Assembly (NCBI GenBank): GCA_905198295.1
Contig: CAJKBW010000010.1
Span: 1-47,801 of the forward strand
Source: an uncultured Oscillospiraceae bacterium
GTDB taxonomy: Bacteria; Bacillota; Clostridia; Oscillospirales; Acutalibacteraceae
Direction: 5' to 3'
DNA: 47,801 nucleotides
Below, piece by piece: positions 8,981 to 18,379 of the stretch. The notes beneath the pieces are model-generated. The model was not told where the DNA came from and ran no database searches. It was given only the letters and a program-made list of their open reading frames with translations. The position numbers and the translations under genes were made by a program. How positions within the stretch are numbered: position 1 is the stretch's first letter; each line of letters starts with the position of its first letter.

Positions 8981-9934
8981 TTACTCGGCGTAAATGCTGC
9001 CGCCGAGGAACTCCCTCAGCAGGCTGTCTGCCGGCACCAGCGCATCCGGCAGACGCACGAAGGCGTCGAGCACCTGCTCGAGATGGCGGGCCAGTTCGGC
9101 GTCCGGATGATCGTCCGCCACCGTGTGCAGCCGCGGCAGCAGTTCGCCGGCGAACAGGCACGGTTCATAGGCGTGGGTGGTGTCGATGATCCAGTCCACC
9201 GTATCGACATAAGGAAACAGGTAGAGATTTTCGCCCCGCACCACCTGCCGCCACATGTTCAAGGTGTTTTCCGGAGAACTGCTGCGGAACCGCTCGTCGC
9301 GCAGCAGGCGCCGCACCAGCCGCAGGTCGCGCCGGCGCACCCATTTTTCGTCGCCGCTGTAAATCGGGGTCAGCGTGTTGACAAATACCTTGTACACATG
9401 CTCGCGCGGCAGATGCTGTTCAAACACCGGATTGAGCGCATGGATGCCCTCGAAAATCACCACCGAATCCCGTTCGAGCTGTAAGAGAGTAGTTTCCGGC
9501 GCGGGGCGGCCGGTCACGAAGTCAAAGCGCGGCAGCTGCGCACAGCCGTCCTGCAGCAGCGCCTTCATACAGCGGTGCAGCTGCTCGAGGTTGAGCGCCT
9601 CGAGCGCCTCATAGTCGTATTCGCCGTTTTCGAGCCGCGGCGCACAGAAGCGCCCGCGGTAAAAGTTGTCGAGCGACACCACATGGGCATCGAGCCCCTT
9701 AGCCCGCAGGCTGTCCCGCAGCAGCAGCGCGGTAGTGGTCTTGCCCGATGAGGACGGCCCTGACAACATAGTCAGCCGCCGGCCGTTGTCGCTGTCCGCC
9801 AGAAAGACGGCGAGCGCCTCGAGGTCCTCCCGGTAGCGGCGGTTTTCCTCCGCGACCAGCGCTTCGGGCGCGGTGCGGGCGTGCTCATTGATCTGCGCAA
9901 GCTGTAAAATCCGTTTTGGCGCCGTATTTTTCAT
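8981..9934 (-). CDS. Uridine-kinase/phosphoribulokinase-family P-loop nucleoside kinase with C-terminal extension
   Basis: Walker A LSGPSSSGKTT; udk-like core; overlaps hemZ-like gene by 50 nt (start may be internal). Confidence 0.65.
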   Translation of the reverse strand: MKNTAPKRILQLAQINEHARTAPEALVAEENRRYREDLEALAVFLADSDNGRRLTMLSGPSSSGKTTTALLLRDSLRAKGLDAHVVSLDNFYRGRFCAPRLENGEYDYEALEALNLEQLHRCMKALLQDGCAQLPRFDFVTGRPAPETTLLQLERDSVVIFEGIHALNPVFEQHLPREHVYKVFVNTLTPIYSGDEKWVRRRDLRLVRRLLRDERFRSSSPENTLNMWRQVVRGENLYLFPYVDTVDWIIDTTHAYEPCLFAGELLPRLHTVADDHPDAELARHLEQVLDAFVRLPDALVPADSLLREFLGGSIYAE

Positions 9935-11396
9935 AAAAGGCCTTCACCTGCTCTTTCCTGGCCAGCATCTCCTCCAGCCCCGCGTTGTACTCATACGGGA
10001 ACTTGTAGTTGAACACGCGTTCGAGGTGGTCGGTGCCCGGCTGCTTGAGCTTGGTCACCGCACCCGCCCCGCAGGCGAGGATGGTATGCGTTTCGTCCAT
10101 GATGTATACGTTGTACAGGCCGTCGCGGCCATCGAGTGCCCAGCCGACGTTTTCCTGGTTGCCGACCATCCGGCTCTGGCGGTAGAGGTAATAGGGATGG
10201 TAGCCGGCCTGCGGCAGTCGCCGGGCCGAATACGCCACCATGCGCACCGCGTCATCCTGCGCCCGGTAGTCGGCGCGGCGCTGGATCACCAGGTTGGAGG
10301 CGCGCTTCATGCTCAGCGTATGCACCGTTATGCTTTCCGGTGCAAGCGAAAGTATACCTTCCAAGGTGCCGTAAAAGCCCTCGGCGTCGTCCCCGGGCAG
10401 TCCGGCGATCAGGTCGGTGTTGATGTTGTCGAGCCCGCAGCGCCGCGCGAGCGCAAAAGCGTCATAGAACTGCTCCACCGTGTGCCGGCGGCCGATGGCG
10501 CGCAGCACGTCGTTCCGCAGCGTCTGCGGGTTGATGCTCACGCGGGACACACCCGCCGCCTTGAGGGTGCGCAGCTTATCCTCGGCCACCGTGTCCGGGC
10601 GGCCGGCCTCCACCGTGTATTCCCGCAGCGCGGACAGGTCAAAGCTGTCCTCCACCGCCCGCAGCACCGCCGCGAGCTGTTCGGCGGACAGTGTGGTCGG
10701 GGTACCGCCGCCGAAATACACCGTCTCCAGCCGCAGGCCAAGGCTTTTGGCCAGCGCGCCGGTATAGGCAATCTCCTCGTTCAGCCGCTCGACATAGGCG
10801 GGGATCAGCCGCGCCGCGCGCTCCACCGTTTGGGAGACGAAGGAGCAGTAGTCGCAGCGGGTCGGGCAGAACGGCACCGACACATACAGGCTGAACGAAT
10901 CCGGCCGGGAGAGCGACAGGATTTTGTCCTCCGCCTCCAGTGTGCGCCGGCATAATGCAGTCTTGTCCTCCCCGACGAGCAGCCGTTCACGGAACCAGCG
11001 CAGCGCCTGTTCCTCGCCCTGCTCGCGGATGAGCCGGCGCAGCAGCTTGACCGGGCGCACCCCGGTGACAATCCCCCACTGCAAAGTGCAGCCGAACAGC
11101 GCGCAGAACAGCTCATACAGCTTTTCCGCCATGCGCAGCTCGCACTCGTCGCGGTATTCCGGATCGGCGTTGTCCACCGTCCACTCGCGTTCCTGCCGGA
11201 AATCCTCCAGCGTCAGCACACAGCGAATAGTCGTCCCGGCCTGACAGCGTATAAGCCTGGTATACGCTGTCAGGCCGCCGGACGCGGCGTCCTCCGGCGC
11301 GTCCCACAGCACCGTGACCGGCTCCTGCGGCAGGAACAGCCGGCAGATATTTTCGATTTCGTAGCGGAATTTGTGCCCGTTAAGTATCAAATTCAT
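9885..11396 (-). CDS. hemZ: Radical-SAM HemN/HemZ-family protein (oxygen-independent coproporphyrinogen-III oxidase-like)
   Basis: CxxxCxxC radical SAM motif (CPTRCDYCSF), N-terminal HemZ-type extension, GGGTPT motif. Confidence 0.8.
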   Translation of the reverse strand: MNLILNGHKFRYEIENICRLFLPQEPVTVLWDAPEDAASGGLTAYTRLIRCQAGTTIRCVLTLEDFRQEREWTVDNADPEYRDECELRMAEKLYELFCALFGCTLQWGIVTGVRPVKLLRRLIREQGEEQALRWFRERLLVGEDKTALCRRTLEAEDKILSLSRPDSFSLYVSVPFCPTRCDYCSFVSQTVERAARLIPAYVERLNEEIAYTGALAKSLGLRLETVYFGGGTPTTLSAEQLAAVLRAVEDSFDLSALREYTVEAGRPDTVAEDKLRTLKAAGVSRVSINPQTLRNDVLRAIGRRHTVEQFYDAFALARRCGLDNINTDLIAGLPGDDAEGFYGTLEGILSLAPESITVHTLSMKRASNLVIQRRADYRAQDDAVRMVAYSARRLPQAGYHPYYLYRQSRMVGNQENVGWALDGRDGLYNVYIMDETHTILACGAGAVTKLKQPGTDHLERVFNYKFPYEYNAGLEEMLARKEQVKAFYEKYGAKTDFTACADQ

Positions 11397-12021
11397 CGTA
11401 TCGTCCCGTTATATATGGATTTTCCGCCCTCTCCCGGGAAAGGGTGGTGGCGGGACCGTGGCCGGGATAAACGGCACAGTCCCCTTCAAGCGCAGCCAGC
11501 CGCCGCAGAGAGGCGGCCAGTGCGTGCGGGTCGCCGCCGGGAAAATCGGTGCGGCCCTCGCTGCCCATGAACAGGGTGTCACCGGAGAACAGCGTGCGCC
11601 CGCACAGATAGCAGCAGCTCCCCGGCGTATGGCCGGGGGTGTGCAGCACCGAAAAGCGCAGCTGCCCCGCCTCGATGACATCCCCCTCCCGCACCACGCG
11701 GTCGGCGGTCAGCCGCAGGTCTTGCCCGGGCGTGAGAAACGCCGTCAGGCTGCGTACCGGGTCGGTGAGCGCCGGCTGATCGTCGGCATACACATACAGC
11801 GGCGCGCCGGTCGCCTCCCGGATTTCTCCGGCGGCGAGCATATGGTCAAAATGTGCGTGGGTCAGCAGCACCGCGGCGATCGTCAGCTTCTCCTGCGCCG
11901 CTCTGGCCAGAATCTCCTGCGCCTCGTCGCCCGGATCGATCACCGCCGCCGTGCCGTTTTCATCCGCGGCCAGATAGCAGTTGGTCGTCAGCTCCCCCAC
12001 CGGCAGACAAATGACTTTCAT
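11380..12021 (-). CDS. MBL-fold metallo-hydrolase (hydroxyacylglutathione hydrolase-like)
   Basis: THAHFDH motif, HTPGHTPGS, downstream D and H ligands. Confidence 0.8.
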   Translation of the reverse strand: MKVICLPVGELTTNCYLAADENGTAAVIDPGDEAQEILARAAQEKLTIAAVLLTHAHFDHMLAAGEIREATGAPLYVYADDQPALTDPVRSLTAFLTPGQDLRLTADRVVREGDVIEAGQLRFSVLHTPGHTPGSCCYLCGRTLFSGDTLFMGSEGRTDFPGGDPHALAASLRRLAALEGDCAVYPGHGPATTLSRERAENPYITGRYDEFDT

Positions 12022-12037
12022 CCTTTTTTCCTTTCCT

Positions 12038-14233
12038 TTACCCGGCGTTGGAGCGCGAAACCCGCTCCACCCCCGGGATCTTCGCCAGCCGCGCGCCCAC
12101 CGATTTCAGATGATCCAGGCTGCTGACCCCGAGGGTCAGACTCATCTGCGCCTGACCGTCCTTCGGCTCCCGGGCGTTGATGGCGTGGATCATCACGTGC
12201 ATGGATGCGAGCTGTGTGGTGATGTCCGCGAGCAGCGTGTGCCGGTTCTGTGCCTCGATATACAGCGTCGCCTTGAATTCCTTATCGGCGTCGTCCTCCC
12301 AGTAGACGTGCACCCAGCGCTCCGGCTCCGGCGCGAGCGCCAGTTCCCGCGGCACGTTGGTGCAGTCGCGCTTGTGGATGGATACACCGTAGCCGCGGGT
12401 GATGAATCCGATGATGTCGTCCCCCGGCACAGGGTTGCAGCACCGGGCGAATTTCACCAGACAGTTGTCCATGCCGTCGATGATGACCCCGCCGTTGTTG
12501 TGCCGGTGCGGCACCGTGACGACGTCCGCGGGCTGGATTTCCTCCTCCGAACGCACCTGCCGGAGGTAGTCCTCCTTCATGCGCGGCACGATGCGGGACA
12601 GCAGCACCCCGCCGTAGCCGATCGCAGCATAAAAATCCTCCAGCGAGGCGCAGTGCTGCTTTTTGCTCTGGCCGAGCAGGAACTCCTCAAGCCGTTCGCC
12701 CGAAAGGCGGATGCCGTTGCGGGACATCTCCCGCTCCAGCTCCTGCTTGCCCTGCTCGATGTTTTCCTCCCGGCGTTCTTTTTTGAACCAGGAGCGGATC
12801 TTGTTGCGCGCCTCGCCGGTCTTGACGATGTTCAGCCAGTCGCGGCTCGGCCCGCGCCCCTGTCCCGATGCGGTGATAACCTCCACGATTTCACCGGTCT
12901 TCACCACATAGTCGAGTGGCACGATCCGCCCGTCCACCTTCGCTCCCACCATGCGGTTGCCCACCGCCGTGTGGATCGCGTAGGCAAAGTCGATCACCGT
13001 CGCACCCACCGGCAGGGTCAGCACATCCCCCTTCGGGGTAAACACGAACACGTCGTCGGAGGACAGGTCGGTCTTGATGCTGCGGACGATATCCTCCGCA
13101 TCGTCGACGTCCTTCTGGTTTTCGATGAACTGCCGCACCCAGGCAAGCCGTTCCTCCAGCTTATCCTTGCGCTGAATGCCGAGCTTGTATTTCCAGTGCG
13201 CGGCGATGCCGTATTCCGCCGTATAGTGCATCTCCCAGGTACGGATCTGCACCTCGAAAGGGATCTTCTCCTTACTGATGACAGTGGTATGCAGCGACTG
13301 GTACATATTTGCCTTCGGGGTAGAAATATAATCCTTGAAGCGGTTGGGCAGCGGCCGGAACATGTCGTGGATGATGCCGAGCACGTTATAACAGTCGTTA
13401 ACCGTATCCACGATTACCCGAACAGCATAGATATCGTAAATTTCCTCAAAGGCGCGCCCGTGCATATACATTTTGCGGTAGATGCCGGTAATGCTCTTGA
13501 TCCGGCCGGCGACAAACGGCTTCATCTCGAATTCCGCCAGCCGGTCGCGGATGCGCTGCTGGATGCTTTCGAGAAAGGCGCTGCGCTCGTTCTCGCGCAG
13601 CGCGAGGGCATCCTCAATCTCCTTGTAGGCCACCGGATCGAGGATGCGCAGCGACAGGTCCTCAAGTTCCTCCTTGACCGCGCGGATACCGAGCCGGTGC
13701 GCGAGCGGGGCGAAAATATCCATCGTTTCCTTGGCCTTGTCGCGGCGCTTCTGCTCGGGCAGCGAGCCGATGGTGCGCAGGTTATGCAACCGGTCGGCCA
13801 GCTTGATGATGATCACCCGGATGTCCTCGGACATCGCCAGCAGCATTTTGCGCACGTTTTCGGCCTGCTGTTCCTCGCGGGTGGAAAAGGGGATTTTGTT
13901 CAGCTTGGTGACCCCGTCCACGAGGTTGGCCACATCCTCGCCGAACTGCTTGCGGATCTCCGCCAGCTCGACCGGCGTATCCTCGACCACATCGTGCAGG
14001 ATCGCGGCCTCGATGGTCTCGCTGTCCATACCCAGATCCACCAGGATGCAGGCCACCTGCAGCGGATGGCAGACGTATTCCTCGCCGGAAGCGCGCTTCT
14101 GTCCCTCGTGTGCGCAGCAGGCGAGGGTGATCGCACGATCGACCGCGTCCAGATCGTAGGCTTTCTCGCTTTTCATGATGCGGTTTTTCAGATCGGAAAT
14201 GCATTCCTCTTTTTGAATCATCGCCTGCTTCAC
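12038..14233 (-). CDS. relA: Bifunctional (p)ppGpp synthetase/hydrolase RelA/SpoT (Rel); track start is GTG overlapping recJ stop, ATG four codons downstream also possible
   Basis: HD domain (HEGQKRASGEEYVCHPLQVACIL...HDVVEDT), synthetase domain, TGS and ACT regions; 731 aa. Confidence 0.95.
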   Translation of the reverse strand: MKQAMIQKEECISDLKNRIMKSEKAYDLDAVDRAITLACCAHEGQKRASGEEYVCHPLQVACILVDLGMDSETIEAAILHDVVEDTPVELAEIRKQFGEDVANLVDGVTKLNKIPFSTREEQQAENVRKMLLAMSEDIRVIIIKLADRLHNLRTIGSLPEQKRRDKAKETMDIFAPLAHRLGIRAVKEELEDLSLRILDPVAYKEIEDALALRENERSAFLESIQQRIRDRLAEFEMKPFVAGRIKSITGIYRKMYMHGRAFEEIYDIYAVRVIVDTVNDCYNVLGIIHDMFRPLPNRFKDYISTPKANMYQSLHTTVISKEKIPFEVQIRTWEMHYTAEYGIAAHWKYKLGIQRKDKLEERLAWVRQFIENQKDVDDAEDIVRSIKTDLSSDDVFVFTPKGDVLTLPVGATVIDFAYAIHTAVGNRMVGAKVDGRIVPLDYVVKTGEIVEVITASGQGRGPSRDWLNIVKTGEARNKIRSWFKKERREENIEQGKQELEREMSRNGIRLSGERLEEFLLGQSKKQHCASLEDFYAAIGYGGVLLSRIVPRMKEDYLRQVRSEEEIQPADVVTVPHRHNNGGVIIDGMDNCLVKFARCCNPVPGDDIIGFITRGYGVSIHKRDCTNVPRELALAPEPERWVHVYWEDDADKEFKATLYIEAQNRHTLLADITTQLASMHVMIHAINAREPKDGQAQMSLTLGVSSLDHLKSVGARLAKIPGVERVSRSNAG

Positions 14234-16284
14234 TTCCCTTCTGCGGCCGTCTGCAGCCGGCGCATAACCGGCGTCGCCTGCAAATCCGCCTTACCCTGCA
14301 CCGGCAGCAGGCGTACCGACAAAAATTCGCCGTCGTCCGCCGTCTCGAGCAGCTGCGCTTGCCCAAGCGCCTCGAGGCTGACGCGCACCCTCGCCGGCCC
14401 GCCGGCTTCAGGCGCCGCGAAAGCCAGCTGCTCAAGGGTTCCGGTAAAGCGCGGATGCTGCCGCAGATACCGGTACAGCGCCGCAGTCTCCTCCCGGGAA
14501 GGCAGCAGAAGGCGAACCTCATGCGCGGTCAGCGGCTCCCCACGCATGAGCTTTTCGTACAGCTGCATCCCTTCGACGAGCTGCTCCTGATCCGCCCCGT
14601 CGATGCGGATATCCTTAGCGATCAGCGATACGCTGACCATCCCGTTATATTCGTTGCGTTCCATAGATACCGCCAGATTCAGCCGCGTCCCGCACGCTAC
14701 CGGAAACGCGTCCGCCGTCTGGCGGAAGCGCATCACCGTCAGCCGGGTGCCGTCCCGCGATACCGACAAGCGCAGATGCTTGCCGCCGCCGATCGGCGAA
14801 ATGGCGTCAAGCTGCATATGCATCAGGGCAAACACCGGCGCTGGGTTACCCGCCCCGCACGGTTCGAGCGCTTCGAGCAACGGCAGCTTATCAACGCTGA
14901 CCTGAGACGGCCGCAGCCGGATGTCGATGGTCAGCTCCGGCACCGGCATAAAGGCGAAACGCTGCGCGGCATAGGCGTTGATCCGCTCCCGCAGCCGCGG
15001 GATATCTTCCGCCTTGAGCGAGGCCCCGGCCGCCAGCTCGTGCCCGCCGAAGGCGGTCAGCACATCGCTGCACGCGGTCAGCGCCTCAAACAGCGAAAAG
15101 CCCCGGATACTGCGGCCGGAACCGCGTGCCATGCCGTCTTCACGAACCGACAGAACAATGCAGGGCTTGCCGAAACGCTCCAGCAGGCGGGCGGCAATGA
15201 TGCCCACCACCCCAGGATGCCAGTTTTCGCCCTCCACCACCAGCACGCGGTCGAGCAGGCGTTCCGGCTCCTTTTCCAGTTTGCCCAAAATTTCCGCTAA
15301 AATAGCCGCCTCCACCGACTGACGCTCCACGTTGAGGGCCTGCACCTGCTCAGCGAGCGCGGCTGCCTCTTCATCGCTTTGACACAGCAGCAGCCGTGCG
15401 GCGTATTCCGGCGATGCCATCCGCCCGGACGCGTTGATCCGCGGCGCGAGCGTAAAAACGGTGCCGGTCGCGGTCAATGTCTTACCGCCGGCGCCGGCCG
15501 CCTCCGCAAGTGCCCGCAGGCCGGGCCTCTCCCGACGGTTGATGCACTCCAGACCGCGGCGCACCAGCACCCGGTTGGCGCCGCTGAGGGACACCACGTC
15601 CGCGAGGGTACCCAGCGCCACCAGATCCGCGTATTCCTCCAGTACGGTATCCATATCGCCCTCCAGCGCGCAGGCCAGCAGAAACGCCACCCCGACGCCG
15701 GCATATTCCTTGAATGCGCTTTCACAGTCCGCCCGGTGCGGATCCACCACCGCGACCGCGCGCGGCAGCACCTCCTGCGGCTGATGGTGGTCGGTGACCA
15801 CCACGTCGATGCCCTTTTCGCGGGCGTAGTCCACCTCATCCACCGCCGCGATGCCGTTGTCCACCGTGATAATGAGTCTGGCTCCCTCTTCGGCGAGCCG
15901 GTCGATGGTCGGCCGGTGAAGCCCGTAGCCGTCCCCCTCGCGTTCCGGCAGCTGGTAAAACACATCCGCCCCGCGCGAGGACAGATAGCTGTACAGCAGC
16001 ACCGTCGCGGTGACGCCGTCCGCGTCGTAATCCCCGAAAACGGCGATCCGCTCGCCGCCGTCTATCGCCCGCTGCACCCGCTCGACCGCCAAATCCATAT
16101 CCGCGAGACTGAACGGGTCCTCATTCAGTTCGGTGCCGTACAGGAATTCTGCTGCGTCCTCCGCCGACGTAATACCGCGCGTGTTCAGCAGGAGCGCCAG
16201 AAACGGATGGGCGCCGCAGTCCTCTGACAGCTGCGCGGCCGCATCTTTATCCAGCGGCAGCGATACCCAACGTTTGATGCTCAT
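14230..16284 (-). CDS. recJ: Single-stranded-DNA-specific exonuclease RecJ
   Basis: DHH (DYDADGVTA) and DHHA1 motifs; length 684 aa; recJ-relA adjacency conserved in Firmicutes. Confidence 0.9.
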   Translation of the reverse strand: MSIKRWVSLPLDKDAAAQLSEDCGAHPFLALLLNTRGITSAEDAAEFLYGTELNEDPFSLADMDLAVERVQRAIDGGERIAVFGDYDADGVTATVLLYSYLSSRGADVFYQLPEREGDGYGLHRPTIDRLAEEGARLIITVDNGIAAVDEVDYAREKGIDVVVTDHHQPQEVLPRAVAVVDPHRADCESAFKEYAGVGVAFLLACALEGDMDTVLEEYADLVALGTLADVVSLSGANRVLVRRGLECINRRERPGLRALAEAAGAGGKTLTATGTVFTLAPRINASGRMASPEYAARLLLCQSDEEAAALAEQVQALNVERQSVEAAILAEILGKLEKEPERLLDRVLVVEGENWHPGVVGIIAARLLERFGKPCIVLSVREDGMARGSGRSIRGFSLFEALTACSDVLTAFGGHELAAGASLKAEDIPRLRERINAYAAQRFAFMPVPELTIDIRLRPSQVSVDKLPLLEALEPCGAGNPAPVFALMHMQLDAISPIGGGKHLRLSVSRDGTRLTVMRFRQTADAFPVACGTRLNLAVSMERNEYNGMVSVSLIAKDIRIDGADQEQLVEGMQLYEKLMRGEPLTAHEVRLLLPSREETAALYRYLRQHPRFTGTLEQLAFAAPEAGGPARVRVSLEALGQAQLLETADDGEFLSVRLLPVQGKADLQATPVMRRLQTAAEGK

Positions 16285-16712
16285 CGTTTCCTCGACTCCT
16301 TCTTATGCGGCAAGCTCGCCGGCAAATGGCTTAATACTTTATTTTACCATTTTTCTTTCCTGTTTTCAACTGCCGCCCGGGATTTTCCGCCGTCCGGAAA
16401 CGTCGGATGCGGAAAAGCGGCCTGTTTCAGTCACTGGCGCAGCAGTCGACCCGCTGAATCCACCCGTTTTCTTCACAGAGACCCACCGCCCTCTACAATT
16501 GAGGCCCATCATAACGGAAGGACGGATAAACCATATGAACCACACGCCGCCGCCGACGGGCATTATGGATAAGATAAACCGGCACGAACACGATGTTTCT
16601 GCACTTCTGCGGAAAGCACACCCCCGGTATCCATTCGTACCAGCCGGTTCGCGGCACTGCACAAGCACTATCGGCAGCACGCTTCCCGCCGTGCATGGTT
16701 CAAACAGCATAT

Positions 16713-16746
16713 AAAAAAGGGCCGCCCATCGGGCAGCCCTTTTTTA
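16713..16746. terminator. Bidirectional rho-independent terminator (GGGCCGCCC-atc-GGGCAGCCC flanked by A6/T6)
   Basis: GC hairpin with one mismatch, A-run before and T-run after; ends GNAT gene (minus) and any plus-strand transcript from the 16285-16712 gap. Confidence 0.6.
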
Positions 16747-17175
16747 TTCCAGTTTTCTGCGCATCATGCGATGCGGCACATGGCCATCCATGTGCTCCTC
16801 GCCGCATACAGTAAAGCCCTGCTTCTCATAAAAGCCGATCACGCGGCACTGGGCGTCGAGCTCCGCCCATTGCGCACCGAGCTGCGCCGCCTTTTTCACC
16901 ATCGCGTCAAGCAGCTCGCCGCCCATTCCGGTACCGCGCCACGCCCGCCGCACCGCCAGCCGGCCGATCCCCATCACGCCCGGCCGCTTTTCATACAGCC
17001 GGCCGGTCGCAACCGGCTCGTCGCCGCGGTACAGCAGCACATGCCGGCTGGTGCGGTCCAGCTCATCCAGTTCCATTTCCGGGGAATACCCCTGCTCGTC
17101 ACAAAATACCTCGAGTCGTATAGCAAACGCCTCATGCAGATCGTCGCCGCCATCAAGCCATCGGATATCGTCCAT
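16744..17175 (-). CDS. GNAT-family N-acetyltransferase
   Basis: Acetyl-CoA binding motif RRAWRGTGMGGELL, about 143 aa GNAT fold. Confidence 0.85.
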   Translation of the reverse strand: MDDIRWLDGGDDLHEAFAIRLEVFCDEQGYSPEMELDELDRTSRHVLLYRGDEPVATGRLYEKRPGVMGIGRLAVRRAWRGTGMGGELLDAMVKKAAQLGAQWAELDAQCRVIGFYEKQGFTVCGEEHMDGHVPHRMMRRKLE

Positions 17176-17522
17176 ATGCCGCCTACCTTTGCCTGTCTGT
17201 TATCGGATAGACCGGATCAAAACCACAGCCGCCCGGAGTTGTGCTGCGTGCCGGAATCGGCCGGATCCGCTCCTGCTTATCCTAACACGCTGCGCGCAAA
17301 AAGGCAAGCATCCGTGCATCATTTTCGGAGTGCTCGCTTTTGAGATTATAATAAGGATTTTTCGTAATTCAGCCGTATGTCTTTTATGTCTGCGTATAAG
17401 TTCATACTCTCTATTGATCAGCCGATGCATTGTCATTTTTGTCTTTCTTTCCCTGTTTAACTATACCAGTATCATTTGCCGATAAGCTTCCGGCTCCATC
17501 CCCATAACATAGCAAACGTCCC

Positions 17523-17551
17523 TTGACAACTCCGCCGGAACCGTGTAAAAT
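17523..17551 (+). promoter_or_regulatory. Consensus-like sigA promoter (-35 TTGACA, 17-bp spacer, -10 TAAAAT) for the isomerase-tetR-oxidoreductase operon
   Basis: TTGACAactccgccggaaccgtgTAAAAT read directly; about 50 nt upstream of CDS at 17603. Confidence 0.55.
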
Positions 17552-17557
17552 AAAAAG

Positions 17558-17571
17558 CAACTAATTAGTTG
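17558..17571 (+). promoter_or_regulatory. Perfect 14-bp palindrome CAACTAATTAGTTG (extended AAAAAg..gTTTTT) immediately downstream of the -10; candidate operator of the operon-encoded TetR
   Basis: Exact dyad symmetry at the transcription start region; TetR regulators bind 14-16 bp palindromes overlapping promoters. Confidence 0.45.
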
Positions 17572-17602
17572 GTTTTTACTTTACCGGAAAGGCGGATGTG
17601 TT

Positions 17603-18364
17603 TTGTTTTCTCTCGGCTTGACCTCCGTAACCTTTCGTCACCTGGATTTCCGGCAGATTCCCGCATGCTGTGCGCAGGCCGGCCTGTCCTGCATCGAGTG
17701 GGGCGGCGATGTTCATGTGCCGCCCGCAACCCCGGACAGGGCGGTGCAGGCCGCCCGGCTGACCGCCGCCGCCGGACTGCGGGTTTCCTCTTATGGCTCC
17801 TACTACCGATGCGGGGAAACCGATGACGCGCAGGCCGCCTTTGCGCCGCATCTGGAGGCCGCTCGCCGGCTGGGCGCACCAGTGATCCGGCTGTGGGCCG
17901 GCAGCCGGGGCAGCAGTGACGCAGACAGCGTATACTTCCGGCAGATCGTTGAGGAAACCCGTGCGCTGTGCCGCATGGCGGCAAAAGAGAACATCACACT
18001 GGCGTTTGAGTATCATCCGCATACGCTGACTGACCATGCAGATGCTGCCGTCCGGCTGGCCGAGTCGGTTGGCATGACAAATTGCGGACTGTATTTTCAG
18101 GTCGATCCCACCCTGTCGGCTCAAGAAAATCGCCGGGCACTCCGGCGCCTTCTGCCCTTTCTGAAAAAGGTGCATGTATATCACTGTGACCCCGCCTTCC
18201 GGCGCCTGTCGCTCGGGGAAAGCGGCGGGCCGGAGCTGTGGCGGGCGCTTTTAGCAGAGCTGGAGACGGCGTCTGTCTGTACCGACCTGCTGTTTGAGTT
18301 TCTCAAAGACCCCACTCCGGAAGGACTGTTCAGGGAAGCGGAGCTGCTCCGCTCCCTGCTGTAA
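17603..18364 (+). CDS. Sugar-phosphate isomerase/epimerase (xylose-isomerase-like TIM barrel, IolE/IolI/DgpC-like); start codon uncertain (TTG at 17603)
   Basis: AP_endonuc_2/TIM-barrel signature with metal-ligand style motifs (IEWGGD, AFEYHPHT, QVDP); 253 aa. Confidence 0.7.
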   Translation: MFSLGLTSVTFRHLDFRQIPACCAQAGLSCIEWGGDVHVPPATPDRAVQAARLTAAAGLRVSSYGSYYRCGETDDAQAAFAPHLEAARRLGAPVIRLWAGSRGSSDADSVYFRQIVEETRALCRMAAKENITLAFEYHPHTLTDHADAAVRLAESVGMTNCGLYFQVDPTLSAQENRRALRRLLPFLKKVHVYHCDPAFRRLSLGESGGPELWRALLAELETASVCTDLLFEFLKDPTPEGLFREAELLRSLL

Positions 18365-18379
18365 AAGGGAGAGAAGTGC

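Noticed and set aside
11981-14590. 869-aa plus-strand ORF antisense to relA/recJ, and the many other long alternate-frame ORFs (e.g. 1129-1779, 3232-4227, 5350-6351, 9873-10955, 21607-22638, 27603-28667, 42763-43791)
   Set aside because: These are the long stop-free antisense frames typical of high-GC DNA. Each overlaps a confidently identified gene with strong family signatures, and their products are Arg/Ala/Pro-rich nonsense.
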